Source: a plasmid. From it: a stretch of DNA of 64,000 nucleotides. Shown one piece after another: positions 32,040 to 41,787 of this stretch; the stretch's first letter is position 1, and every line of letters starts with the position of its first letter. The DNA is taken from the sequence record NZ_CP035506.1; one strand, given 5' to 3'. The notes under the pieces are model-generated. The model saw nothing but the letters and a program-made list of their open reading frames with translations. It made no database searches and was not told the DNA's origin. Made by a program: the position numbers and the translations under genes.

Positions 32040-32890
32040 GGTCAGGACCCATTGATCTTGCGCTTTCAGCATGATTCAGGCTCCGCAAGGAGACCGATGA
32101 ATGAGCAACCTCTTTTGGCTGACGGAGGCGCAGATGTCGCGCCTGGAGCCCTTCTTTCCCAAGAGCCATGGCAAGCCGCGTGTTGATGACCGGCGCGTTC
32201 TCAGCGGCATTATCTTCATTAATCGCAATGGTTTGCGATGGCGCGACGCTCCCAAGGAGTATGGCCCGTCGAAGACGCTCTACAACCGTTGGAAGCGGTG
32301 GAGCGACAGGGGTGTCTTCGCCCGGATGATGCTCGGCCTGGCGGCAGAGTCGGCAGTTCCGGAGACGGTGATGATCGACGCGACCTATCTCAAGGCGCAT
32401 CGCACGGCGACCAGCCTGCGAGCGAAAAAGGGGGAGCCAACGATCAGAGGGGCCGATTGATCGGCCGAACCAAGGGCGGCATGAACACCAAGTTGCACGC
32501 CGTCACCGATGCTGATGGCCGGCCAATCCGCTTCTTCGTGACCGCAGGTCAGGTCAGTGACTACACGGGTGCCGCAGCACTTCTGGGCAGCTTGCCAAAG
32601 GCGGACTGGCTGCTGGCGGACCGCGGCTATGATGCCGACTGGTTCAGAGAAGCGTTGAAGGACAAGGGGATAAAACCCTGCATCCCCGGCCGGAAATCGC
32701 GCGGCATACCCATCAAGTATGACAAGCGCCGCTACAGACGCCGCAACAGGATTGAGATCATGTTCGGGCGATTGAAGGACTGGCGCCGCGTCGCAACCCG
32801 CTACGACAGGTGCCCCAAGGTCTTCCTTTCCGCCATCGCTCTCGCAGCAACCGTCATGTTCTGGCTATGACCCGAGAAAGAGTCCTGACC
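32040..32890 (+). mobile_element. IS5-family (IS427-group) insertion sequence, intact copy
   Basis: Imperfect terminal IRs GGGTCAGGAC(C/T)C at both ends, flanking TA dinucleotides. orfA/orfB arranged for a -1 programmed frameshift. Confidence 0.85.
32101..32870 (+). CDS. IS5-family transposase OrfAB (orfA 32101..32460, orfB 32238..32870; -1 programmed frameshift at A-AAA-AGG)
   Basis: OrfA carries the HTH. OrfB carries the DDE region (..[10 protein letters not shown]...). A slippery AAAAAGG motif lies in the overlap. Confidence 0.8.
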
Positions 32891-33350
32891 CTAGACAAGA
32901 TGCTGCGATCATCGCTCCGATATCCGGCCGGATCTGCGGTCAGCTTGTACCCGGGGCGAGGGCCGAGTGTCTCCGTTGTGACATGACGTTTGTTCAGGCC
33001 CGCACGTCGCACGAGCGGGTATTTTATGCCGCCTGTGTCCAGGGACCATGCCGTTTGCGCGGCATATAACGCCTTAAATGAACTCTGGCATTGACCGCCC
33101 CGGAGCGCCGACGCCTCCGCAGAGCAATATCAATTGGCTATACGGGGACGTTACATCTTGACCGGGGCATGTCTTGTTGAAGGAGAAAGTCGTCATCCCG
33201 TTCTGATGATTCATTATGATGATACCATAAGCAATACTATTGATTTTGGCGTAAATAATCGCAATTCATTGAAATCGACCCTGCAGACCCATTTCCAATA
33301 CAAAAGATTTCGTAAACTTCATAATATGTTATAGAGATCGGAGTTGCTCA

Positions 33351-33497
33351 ATGCTTCCAGAGATAAAAATCGCCTGCGCCATCGCGATTATCGTCGTCAC
33401 TGTAATATATTTTGCGCTTTCTGTTTCCACGCGCGAGGATCAGGAATGTCAGGATGAGGGCGGCGAGGATCCCGATTACATAGATACTTTCTGGTGA
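33351..33497 (+). CDS. Small ORF (49 aa) predicted to encode a single-TM peptide, in an AT-rich islet
   Basis: GGAG lies 7 nt upstream of the ATG. Product MLPEIKIACAIAIIVVTVIYFALSVSTREDQECQDEGGEDPDYIDTFW has a hydrophobic helix and an acidic tail. The local GC (~40%) is atypical, so coding status is unproven. Confidence 0.25.
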   Translation: MLPEIKIACAIAIIVVTVIYFALSVSTREDQECQDEGGEDPDYIDTFW

Positions 33498-33511
33498 GAC
33501 AGGCCCTCTGA

Positions 33512-35110
33512 TCACCCGCGCTCAGAGGGGGGCCTATTGTCCTGCTCTCTGCTGCGCATCAGGCGGAGCGCATCGGCGAGCCACAGGCGGGCGAGACCGT
33601 GATAGAGCGGCTCCGGCGTCAGGATCCGGGCCACCCCGTAGCCGATGAGCGCCGTGGCCATGACGGGCAGGATGTCGTCATGATTGCCGGTCATCTCGAA
33701 GACGATGACGAAGGCGGTCATCGGCGCCTGAACCACTCCGGCGAAATAGCCCGCCATGCCAAGCACCGCCGCCATGCCGCCCGGCGTGCCGATCAAGGCC
33801 CCGATCACGCTGCCCAGCCCTGCGCCAACGGAAAGGGAGGGCGCGAAGAGGCCGCCGGGAATCCCCGAGACGGTGGAGGCCAGCGTGGCTGCGAACTTTG
33901 CCAGAAAAAACTCCGGTCCCAGCGTCTCGCCCCCGATCGCCGCGCGGGCGTGGTCATAGCTTGTGCCGAAGGCCGCCCCGTGCGTGGCGATGCCCGCCAC
34001 CGCCACGACCAGCCCGGCGATCCCTGCGACCGCCACGATCCGCCGCGCAGGTGATCCGGGATTCCAGCGCCGGATCCGCCGCGTGAGCCAGAGTGCTCCG
34101 GCAGAGAACCCGGCCCCCAGAACGCCGCCCGCCACGCCCGTGGCAAGGATCAGCGGCAATCCCTCCGCCAGCGCCAGCGTGCCCTGCGAGGCCCCAAAAT
34201 AGGTGTAATGCCCCTCTATCGCCAGGGAGGCCAGGCCGGCGATCACGACGGTGGACAGCACAAGGCCATTCGTGCGGGCATGATAGCTCCGCCCCATTTC
34301 CTCGATGGCGAAGACGATCCCGGCAAGGGGGGTGTTGAAGGCCGCGGCGATCCCCGCCGCCGATCCGGCCAGGATCAGCCCCCGCGCCTGAGTCATGCCA
34401 CCGAGCCGGGCGGAAAGCAGCATGATCGCCGCGCCGATCTGCACCGTCGGCCCCTCCCTCCCGATGGAGGCGCCGCAAAGCAGGCCGGCCACGGTCAGCA
34501 GGATTTTCCCCACCGCCGTTCGGATCGAGAGATAGATGAGCCGCCCCCGCCCTTTCAGCTCTCGCGCCGCGATGGTCTGTGGGATGCCGCTGCCCTGCGA
34601 GCCGGGGAAATAGCGCCAGGCGATGAGGGCGCAGGCGATGAACCCCGCAGGGGTCAGCAGGAGCGTGGCCCAGAGCCGCCACGGCGGGCCGGAGATCATC
34701 CTGCCGAACAGATGTTGCGCGGTATCGGCGGCATGGGCAAAGGCCACGCTGACCAGCCCCGTGACAAGCGCGCCGATCCAGAAGACGAGCCTTGCCCGCC
34801 AGCGGGCCGGGGAAACGAGCAGCGCCTGCGACCGGCGGAGAGCCCCCCGGCGCAGCCGCGCCCGGACCGGGCGGGAGGGAGCACCGCCCTCCTCCGGCCT
34901 TCCTGCAGGGCCCGACCGCAGATCCTGCCCCGAATCCTGCTTAGGCTCCTGCTCAGGCTCCTGCCGCGCATCCGGCTCCCCATCCGCCCGGAACATGGCA
35001 GAGGGGGGAGAGGTGCCGCTTTCCCCGCCTCCGGCATTTGCGGTGGAGGCGGGTCCGGCTTCGGCCGGTTCCTGAAGCGGGTGCGTGGCGGGGGGCCTCT
35101 TGTAGGGCAT
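33512..35110 (-). CDS. ClC-family voltage-gated chloride channel / H+-Cl- antiporter
   Basis: ClC selectivity motifs GSGIPQ and GREGP plus GxFxP (GLFAPS). Start uncertain: the ORF opens at 35236, and low-complexity N-terminal candidates include 35110. Confidence 0.8.
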   Translation of the reverse strand: MPYKRPPATHPLQEPAEAGPASTANAGGGESGTSPPSAMFRADGEPDARQEPEQEPKQDSGQDLRSGPAGRPEEGGAPSRPVRARLRRGALRRSQALLVSPARWRARLVFWIGALVTGLVSVAFAHAADTAQHLFGRMISGPPWRLWATLLLTPAGFIACALIAWRYFPGSQGSGIPQTIAARELKGRGRLIYLSIRTAVGKILLTVAGLLCGASIGREGPTVQIGAAIMLLSARLGGMTQARGLILAGSAAGIAAAFNTPLAGIVFAIEEMGRSYHARTNGLVLSTVVIAGLASLAIEGHYTYFGASQGTLALAEGLPLILATGVAGGVLGAGFSAGALWLTRRIRRWNPGSPARRIVAVAGIAGLVVAVAGIATHGAAFGTSYDHARAAIGGETLGPEFFLAKFAATLASTVSGIPGGLFAPSLSVGAGLGSVIGALIGTPGGMAAVLGMAGYFAGVVQAPMTAFVIVFEMTGNHDDILPVMATALIGYGVARILTPEPLYHGLARLWLADALRLMRSREQDNRPPSERG

Positions 35111-35383
35111 GACACCTCCGGGATTTCCTTTCCCGCCTGCACCCGTTCGGCGCTGGACGCAAGCTTCCTGCCCGTCCTGCGGCTGTCCAGCCAGCCCCTC
35201 CGGCCGATCTTTACTGACAGCCCATCGTTCTCCCAAAGGGAAGGATGGCCATTTCCCGCTTTTTCGCCGTTTTTAGGGGTGGCTTTTGCACCCATTGCGA
35301 TATGTCTACAAGTTCGGGGCATTCCGTGCCGGGACGGATACGGAAAGGACCCCTGCAGGAACGGCTTTCCAGAGGGAGGTTCC

Positions 35384-36622
35384 ATGTCACTCGTTCAGAC
35401 GCTTTTAACCACGGTATTGTCCGGTCCTGTCGTGGACCGCATCGCCGGGTTGATCGGGGTCGATCCTGCCAAGGCGCGGCAGGCGATCACGGCGGCAGCC
35501 CCTGCCTTGCTGGCGGGTCTCGTCAGCGCAGCCACCAATCCGCAGGGCAGCAAGGCGCTTGTCTCTGCGCTTACCGGGCTCGGCAAGCAGGAGGGGGATC
35601 CGCTGGCTGACGACCTGACCGCCACCGGGGCGGGCGTGACCGGCGTAGGGGGGATACTCTCCTCCCTCTTCGGAGAGGGGACGCTCAAGACGCTGTCCTC
35701 CAAGGTAGGGGATTACGCCGGTCTTTCGCAGGAGAAGTCGGCCCCGCTGATGGGGGCCGTAGGCAGCCTCCTGCTCGGCTCGCTCGGCAAGGCCGTGGCG
35801 GCGCCGGGGGCTACGCCCGCGGGTATCCTCGATCAGCTCATCGCCGGAAAGGATGAGATCGCCAAGGCCCTGCCTTCCGGCCTGGCCCAGAGCCTCGGCG
35901 CGGCGGGCGGGTTGCTCGGCGGGCTGGGGGGGGCTGCCGCCTCTGCGGCGACCACGGCTTCGACTGCCGCGGCGAGCGGCGTGGAATCCGTGACGGCCAA
36001 GGCCGCAGCCGCCAAGACGGCCGTGGAAACACCGCCTGCCGCCACAGCGAAACCCGCGGCCACTCCCAAGAAAGAGACACCGCCGGCCCAGAAAAGCCCT
36101 TCGAAACTGCCGTTGATACTGGGGGTCGTGGTACTGGCCCTGCTGGCCGCATGGGCACTCGGCGCCTTCCGCTCGCCGCCCCCGGCTCCGCCCGCTCCTC
36201 CGCCCGCGGCAGCCCCGGCGCCGACATCTACGCCGCCGGCGACCTCAACGACCCCCGAACCAACGACTCCCGCACCAACCCCGGCACCGACCACCACCCC
36301 GGCTCCGTCCGGCGGGCCGACGGATGTGATCACAGGGGCTATCGACCGGCTGCGCAGCACGCTTGACACCGTGACGGACCGCGCCAGTGCCGAAGCGGCG
36401 CTTCCCGCCCTACAAGGGGTGAGCGACAGTCTCGGTTCCGTTGCCTCGATGGTGAGCGCCCTGCCAGATACCGCGAGGACTGCGATCAACGGGGTCATCA
36501 ACAGTGCCCTGCCTGCCCTGCAATCCACACAGGAACGGCTCTTCGGCAATAGCGAGATCGCCGAGGTGATCCGCCCGGTGCTCACCGATGTGATGAGCCG
36601 CCTGCGCGGGCTGGTCGAGTAA
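35384..36622 (+). CDS. Hypothetical protein: Ala/Gly-rich N-terminal domain (DUF937-like?), Pro/Thr/Ala-rich linker with a single TM, helical C-terminal domain
   Basis: Strong GAGGGAGG RBS upstream of the ATG at 35384. The ORF track's 804-aa version is an artefactual 5' extension. Domain assignment is from composition only. Confidence 0.5.
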   Translation: MSLVQTLLTTVLSGPVVDRIAGLIGVDPAKARQAITAAAPALLAGLVSAATNPQGSKALVSALTGLGKQEGDPLADDLTATGAGVTGVGGILSSLFGEGTLKTLSSKVGDYAGLSQEKSAPLMGAVGSLLLGSLGKAVAAPGATPAGILDQLIAGKDEIAKALPSGLAQSLGAAGGLLGGLGGAAASAATTASTAAASGVESVTAKAAAAKTAVETPPAATAKPAATPKKETPPAQKSPSKLPLILGVVVLALLAAWALGAFRSPPPAPPAPPPAAAPAPTSTPPATSTTPEPTTPAPTPAPTTTPAPSGGPTDVITGAIDRLRSTLDTVTDRASAEAALPALQGVSDSLGSVASMVSALPDTARTAINGVINSALPALQSTQERLFGNSEIAEVIRPVLTDVMSRLRGLVE

Positions 36623-36635
36623 CAGGTCGACTGAT

Positions 36636-36670
36636 CTTGCGGGAGGCACCACGAGCCTCCCGCAATTTGG
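36636..36670 (+). terminator. Putative rho-independent terminator
   Basis: 10-bp GC stem cttgcgggaggc/gcctcccgcaa with a short T tract. Confidence 0.4.
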
Positions 36671-37537
36671 CAATCCGGGTCACACCTGTCCGGGGAGCGG
36701 CTTCTTCCTGCATGGGTCGGAAAATCCCCGTAGAGGTCGCCAGCCTGCTCCTGTTGCGGGCCAAGGGACAGGGAACAGGGGACGATCCCACCCTTCCCCT
36801 TCGGCGCCAGCCCACCCGCCGTTTGCCGAGCCGATCCACACCTTCAGCCCGCTTCCGATGAACATGGCGTCGTCGCCAGCGCCGCTGGTTCGCTCAGAGC
36901 CGTGGCGGCGCCCTGAAACGCCGCCCCTTCGGCAGAGCGCCTCCACCCCGGCAGCGGCGGCGGCCCCATTGCCAATGCATTGCGATGCGGTGCGGCATGT
37001 GGAACCGCTGCGCCAGCGGACAGAAGGGCCCATGCCGGCGCCTTTCCGCCCCGCGGAAAGGCTGGCATTTCGGGCGACAGGCCGGAATGGGGCGATCACG
37101 CTCCGCCCGATCAGCGGCGCCGGGCCACGCATCGCAGCCCTTCTGGCGGATGACATCGACCTGACCGAAGCCCCGCCGGTGCAGGAAGGCGACCTTGGGC
37201 AGCCAGCGCAGGGGCTGTGGCAAAGGGGCCGCGCGGCAGCTCGCTATCCGCATGGCCTCCGGCGGACGACCGGGACTCATGCTGCGGGAGGAGCAGGCCC
37301 TTGGCGTCTCGGTGAGTAAGTTTATCGGTAGAAATGGTAGAAATGATGGCGATGACGGGGATCGACCCGCTCCCGCGACAGCCTTGCATGCTCATCGGAT
37401 AGGGCAGCTTGCTGGCGAAAGGCCGTGAAAGGCAGAAAGCAAGACTGCAGGTCAGGGAAACATCATGACTCGCAGGATCCGCAACAGGACGGGGTTCAAA
37501 CGTGGATTCCCCTGCCGCCCACCCCTTCTGAGGCCAT

Positions 37538-37762
37538 TCAGGCCCTGCCCTGTTCCCCCTTCTGGAGACCTGCTGCCGGCCGTGACCGGGCGAGAAGGCT
37601 TCTCAGAACTCCCGGCAGCCGTTCCTGCAACTCGCCGAAACTATGGGCGGAGAGCCTGAGACCGGCGATATCGCCGGAGGTGGCCGTCCAGACTCCGGCG
37701 GCATCGTTCCAGCGGGTACTGACGGTAATCTTCGGCTGTGGCATTCCAGTCCTCTCGATCAT
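37538..37762 (-). CDS. DUF1902-domain protein (HicB-like antitoxin N-terminal domain), apparently orphan
   Basis: WNDAAGVWTATSGDIAGLRLSAHSFGELQERL resembles DUF1902 (..agvwvatsddipGL..). The ATG overlaps an upstream short ORF stop (ATGA), but no HicA-like partner was recognised. Confidence 0.4.
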   Translation of the reverse strand: MIERTGMPQPKITVSTRWNDAAGVWTATSGDIAGLRLSAHSFGELQERLPGVLRSLLARSRPAAGLQKGEQGRA

Positions 37763-38204
37763 CTTCTGTTCCTCAATCTCCGCACCCCCTGCCGGGTTCC
37801 CGCGTCTTTTGCGTCTGCGGCGATGGGGCGCGGCGCCTGATTGCTGTGATGTGGTTGCTGGGGTGGCCCGTCTGCGACCGGCCTGCAGTACTCAGGCCCG
37901 CAGTAATCGGCCCGCAGTACTCAGGCCCGGAGCAATCGGCGCTGGACACCCGGCCTGAGCATCCGGCCTAAACACCTGACCCCGAACACCTTGGACACTT
38001 GGCCCGGATTTGGTCGCCTTCGTGCCCATTTAGCGCGCACCGCCCGCCAAAGAGGCACAGGAAGAAGACAAATATCTCACCTTGTGTGACAAAGCGACAC
38101 ATGACACTCCCTTCGTTATGTGCCGAAGGCCCTTTGGCGGGCGCATCGGTTGCCTAGGGCAGGTGCGCCGATTATGGGGGCCTCATTGTAACAAGGGAGT
38201 GAGG

Positions 38205-39461
38205 ATGACCCAGCAATCCCAACAGGCCGCCGAGCCGAAGTGGAGCATCGTCGGGCCTGGGCTCGTCGTGGCCGCGACCGGCGTCGGGGCGGCCGACCTT
38301 ATCGCCACCACTGTCGCAGGCAGCAAATACGGCTATGCCCTGCTGTGGTCGGTGATCGCAGGCTGCATCATGAAGGTGATCCTGGTGGAGGGCGCTGGTC
38401 GCTATACTCTCGCCACGGGCAACACGATCTTCGAAGGCTGGTCGAGCCTTGGCAAATGGACCAGCTGGTATTTCGGTCCCTATATCGTCATCTGGGGCTT
38501 CGTCTATGGCGCCGCCGCCATGGCGGGCACGGGACTTGCGCTCTATTCGCTGTTCCCCTTCTTCAGCGTCGCCGTCTGGGGCATCATCTCGGGGCTGCTG
38601 GGCATGGCGCTCGTCTGGTCGGGCAAATACGACCTGTTCGAGAAGGTGCTGACCGTGATGGTCATCCTGATGTTCATCTCGATGGTCGCCGCCGCCGCCT
38701 TTACCGTACCGAACCTCGGAGAGATCGTGCGGGGGCTCGTCCCCCATATCCCCGAAGGCGCGATGATCAACGTGCTCTCCGTCGCGGGCGGCGTGGGCGG
38801 CACGATCACGCTTGCCGCCTATGGCTACTGGTTGCGGGAAAAGGGCTGGGACACGCCGCGCTACATGAAGGTCATGCAGATCGACAACGGCGTCGCCTAT
38901 CTGGTGACCGGCATCTTCGTCGTGGCGACACTGATCGTGGGCGCGGAGCTGCTTTACTCGGCCAATATCGCCATCGGTGGCGGCGATCAGGGGATGGTGG
39001 ACCTCGCCACCGTGCTGGGCGAACGCTATGGCACCTGGATGAGCAAGCTGTTCCTGATCGGCTTCTGGTCGGCGGCCATGTCCTCTCTCGTCGGGGTGTG
39101 GAACGGGGTGAGCCTGATGTTCGCGGACTTCCTCGGCCATGTGCAGGGCAAGCCGCATAACGACCCCGACCGGCTCGCGGGCGGGCGGTATTACAAGTTC
39201 TACATCGTCTGGCTGACGATCCCGCCCATGGTGATGCTGTTCCTGGGCCAGCCGGTCTATCTGATCCTGGCCTATGGGGTGCTCGGCGCGCTGTTCATGC
39301 CCTTCATGTCGGTGACGCTGCTGTGGATCCTGAATACCGACCGCGTGCCGAAGCAATGGCGCAACGGGCTGTTCACCAACATCATGCTGCTGCTCTGCAC
39401 GCTGGCCTTCGCCGCTCTCGCGGTGGATCAGCTCCGCGGCGCGATCATGCGGGTGTTCTGA
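38205..39461 (+). CDS. mntH: NRAMP-family divalent metal (Mn2+/Fe2+) transporter
   Basis: About 11 TM helices. NRAMP motifs (GPGLVVAATGVGAADL, consensus transport motif region). GGAGTGAGG RBS. Confidence 0.85.
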   Translation: MTQQSQQAAEPKWSIVGPGLVVAATGVGAADLIATTVAGSKYGYALLWSVIAGCIMKVILVEGAGRYTLATGNTIFEGWSSLGKWTSWYFGPYIVIWGFVYGAAAMAGTGLALYSLFPFFSVAVWGIISGLLGMALVWSGKYDLFEKVLTVMVILMFISMVAAAAFTVPNLGEIVRGLVPHIPEGAMINVLSVAGGVGGTITLAAYGYWLREKGWDTPRYMKVMQIDNGVAYLVTGIFVVATLIVGAELLYSANIAIGGGDQGMVDLATVLGERYGTWMSKLFLIGFWSAAMSSLVGVWNGVSLMFADFLGHVQGKPHNDPDRLAGGRYYKFYIVWLTIPPMVMLFLGQPVYLILAYGVLGALFMPFMSVTLLWILNTDRVPKQWRNGLFTNIMLLLCTLAFAALAVDQLRGAIMRVF

Positions 39462-39480
39462 GCTGCCCTGAAAACCGGAA

Positions 39481-39508
39481 AAGCCCCGCCTTTGCGCGGG
39501 GCTTTTTC
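39481..39508 (+). terminator. Rho-independent terminator after mntH
   Basis: aagCCCCGCctttgGCGGGGctttttc. Confidence 0.65.
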
Positions 39509-39570
39509 ATTTGGGGCTTCTCCTTTCAGGCAGAGGTCGGGCATGGTCAGCCCCCGGCATGAGGGAAACC

Positions 39571-40302
39571 ATGGCCCAGAACATCTACGACACCCCCGAT
39601 TTCTTTGCCGGCTACAGCCAGCTTCCGCGCCAGGTTCTGGGGCTGGCAGGCGCGCCGGAATGGGACGCCATCCGCGCCCTGCTGCCGGATGTGAGGGGCG
39701 CGCGCGTGGCTGATCTGGGCTGTGGCTTCGGCTGGGCCTCCCGCTGGTTCCGGGCCGGGGGCGCCGCCTCGGTTCTGGGGTATGATCTGTCGGAGAACAT
39801 GATTGCACAGGCGCGGGCCAGGACCGATGATCCGGCCATAGAGTACCGCATCGCTGATCTGGAAGGGCTCACCCTGCCCGCGAGTGCCTTCGATCTGGTC
39901 TACAGCGCGCTCACCTTCCATTACATCGTCGACTTCTCCCGGCTGGCCGACATGATCCATCGGGCGCTGGTGCCGGGGGGCAGCCTGGTCTTCACCATCG
40001 AACATCCGGTCTACATGGCCGCGGCGCATCCCGGCTGGACGGAGGATGAGGACGGCCGCCCGACCTGGCCCGTCAACGGCTATGCCGATGAGGGGGAGCG
40101 GCGCACCGACTGGTTCGCACCCGGAGTGGTCAAGCAGCACCGTAAGCTCGCCACGACGCTCAACACGCTGATCGCGGGCGGTTTCGATCTGCTGCGGCTG
40201 GACGAATTCGCCCCGACCAGGGCACAGGTCGCCGCCATGCCGGAACTTGCGGTGGAGCGGGAGCGGCCGATGATCCTGCTCGTCGCCGCCCGGAAGCGCT
40301 GA
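39571..40302 (+). CDS. Class I SAM-dependent methyltransferase
   Basis: Motif I VADLGCGFGW and motif post-I/II spacing. GAGGGAAACC RBS before the ATG at 39571. Alternative ATG at 39559. Confidence 0.75.
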   Translation: MAQNIYDTPDFFAGYSQLPRQVLGLAGAPEWDAIRALLPDVRGARVADLGCGFGWASRWFRAGGAASVLGYDLSENMIAQARARTDDPAIEYRIADLEGLTLPASAFDLVYSALTFHYIVDFSRLADMIHRALVPGGSLVFTIEHPVYMAAAHPGWTEDEDGRPTWPVNGYADEGERRTDWFAPGVVKQHRKLATTLNTLIAGGFDLLRLDEFAPTRAQVAAMPELAVERERPMILLVAARKR

Positions 40303-40584
40303 GATATCGGGATCGGCACTGTAGGGGCCATCAGGCGCCGTCAGGGCGCGGGCATGGACCATTGACGGATTTCCGTTTTCTTCCAGCCATACTTTCTGTG
40401 ATCACAGTAAGGGAGATGCGGCAAAGTCAATCGTGACTATCGGAAAATGTATGTGCGTTGGTGCACATATCATGTGTAATTACGGCACTTATCTACTTTT
40501 ATGTTTGAGCCTATATCAGTGCCGTAGCCGATGGAAAGATCGGTGGACCGCAAGAGTGAAACTGCAAGACGGTCCAAACGAAGG

Positions 40585-40863
40585 ATGAAAGAGATGTTTG
40601 CCAAATCCATGCTCGCCGTTGCTCTTCTGGGTCTTGCCGCTCCCGTCATGGCGCAGGGCGTCAATCCCGGCAAAGCCCAGCTTGCCCAGCAACTCGGTGT
40701 GAACCCCACGGAATTCAGCCTGAACGAGCTGGTCCAGCTCGACAATGCGAAACGCAACAATGACCATGAGCGGATCAACCTGATCCTCAGCCATGATGCG
40801 ATGGTCACCCGCGGTGCCAACACCCCTACCGCGCTGATCGTACCGGATTACGTTGACGACTGA
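40585..40863 (+). CDS. Small secreted hypothetical protein
   Basis: Signal peptide MKEMFAKSMLAVALLGLAAPVMAQG and an AT-rich upstream region. No family recognised. Confidence 0.35.
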   Translation: MKEMFAKSMLAVALLGLAAPVMAQGVNPGKAQLAQQLGVNPTEFSLNELVQLDNAKRNNDHERINLILSHDAMVTRGANTPTALIVPDYVDD

Positions 40864-41019
40864 TCCCCCGGATCACTGCACCACTCGCACAGGGCACGCC
40901 ATTCGCGTGCCCTTTTGCTTTGCCGCCTGTGTGCCGATCCCGGGCAAGCAGGCACGCGACGGGGGCTTTTCCGCCATCGCCGCCCGGTGCGGCTTTCCGG
41001 GATATTTCCGGCGTTCCGC

Positions 41020-41787
41020 TCACCTTTCGGTGCTGCGGAACGCCGCAAGCCCGCCCCCAGCCTCATCAAAGAGAATAAGGGCCTGACCGGTGGGATCTAT
41101 CTGCCAGCGCCGCGCCGCTTCGAGCGCCTGGAAAAGCGCCATTTCCTGCCCCATCGCGATGGGCGGACAGGCCATCATCGTGCTGGCGACGCGGCCGAAA
41201 TCGATCCGCTCCCCCTCTATCCTCGCCTTGCCGGTGATCATGTTGCAGCCGCCAGAGCCGGACAACGTGCCATCTGCCGCAATCTCGATCACCGACTGGA
41301 CCCCCGCCTCCGCCGGCTGACCCATGAGGCTTTCGAGCCGCCAGAGGCCCGCCGGGCTTGCGGCGGGGGTGGCGACGCGTTCCACCACGATTTCGGCCTG
41401 CCCTGCCGGGTGCTCGAAGGCCGGATGACGGGCTGTGGTGATGAAAAGCAGCTGCCCCCCTGCCGTGATGCGTGCCTGCAACGCATAGCTGTGGTTCGGC
41501 ACGATGGCGGCCGCGTCATAATCCAGAGCGAAGGGAAACGGCGCGGCATGGTCGGACTGCAGCGTGGTTTCGCCAAGAACCGTCGCCGGCGCATCGGCGC
41601 GGGAGACATCGACGAGCTTCACCTCCACTTCGGCTCCGGGCGGCAGGGCCATACGCTCCCGATAGGTGACGGTTCCACGCAGGGTCTCGGCGGAAAGGGG
41701 ACTGGTGGAAAGGGAACCGGTCAAGACAGCCGCGGCCAGAATGGCGCAGGCAGGGAAGCGGGAACGGATCATCTGCGGCCTCTTCAT
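41020..41787 (-). CDS. Secreted META-domain (HslJ-like/DUF306) protein with an N-terminal YbaY-like region
   Basis: Signal peptide. C-terminal META-like segment (W.L.SL.G...LSGSGGCN...G..RIEG...F). Composition only. Confidence 0.45.
   Translation of the reverse strand: MKRPQMIRSRFPACAILAAAVLTGSLSTSPLSAETLRGTVTYRERMALPPGAEVEVKLVDVSRADAPATVLGETTLQSDHAAPFPFALDYDAAAIVPNHSYALQARITAGGQLLFITTARHPAFEHPAGQAEIVVERVATPAASPAGLWRLESLMGQPAEAGVQSVIEIAADGTLSGSGGCNMITGKARIEGERIDFGRVASTMMACPPIAMGQEMALFQALEAARRWQIDPTGQALILFDEAGGGLAAFRSTER

Noticed and set aside
34208-36622. 804-aa version of the 35384..36622 gene
   Set aside because: The upstream 390 codons are antisense to the ClC channel gene and low-complexity. 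A strong RBS precedes the internal ATG at 35384.
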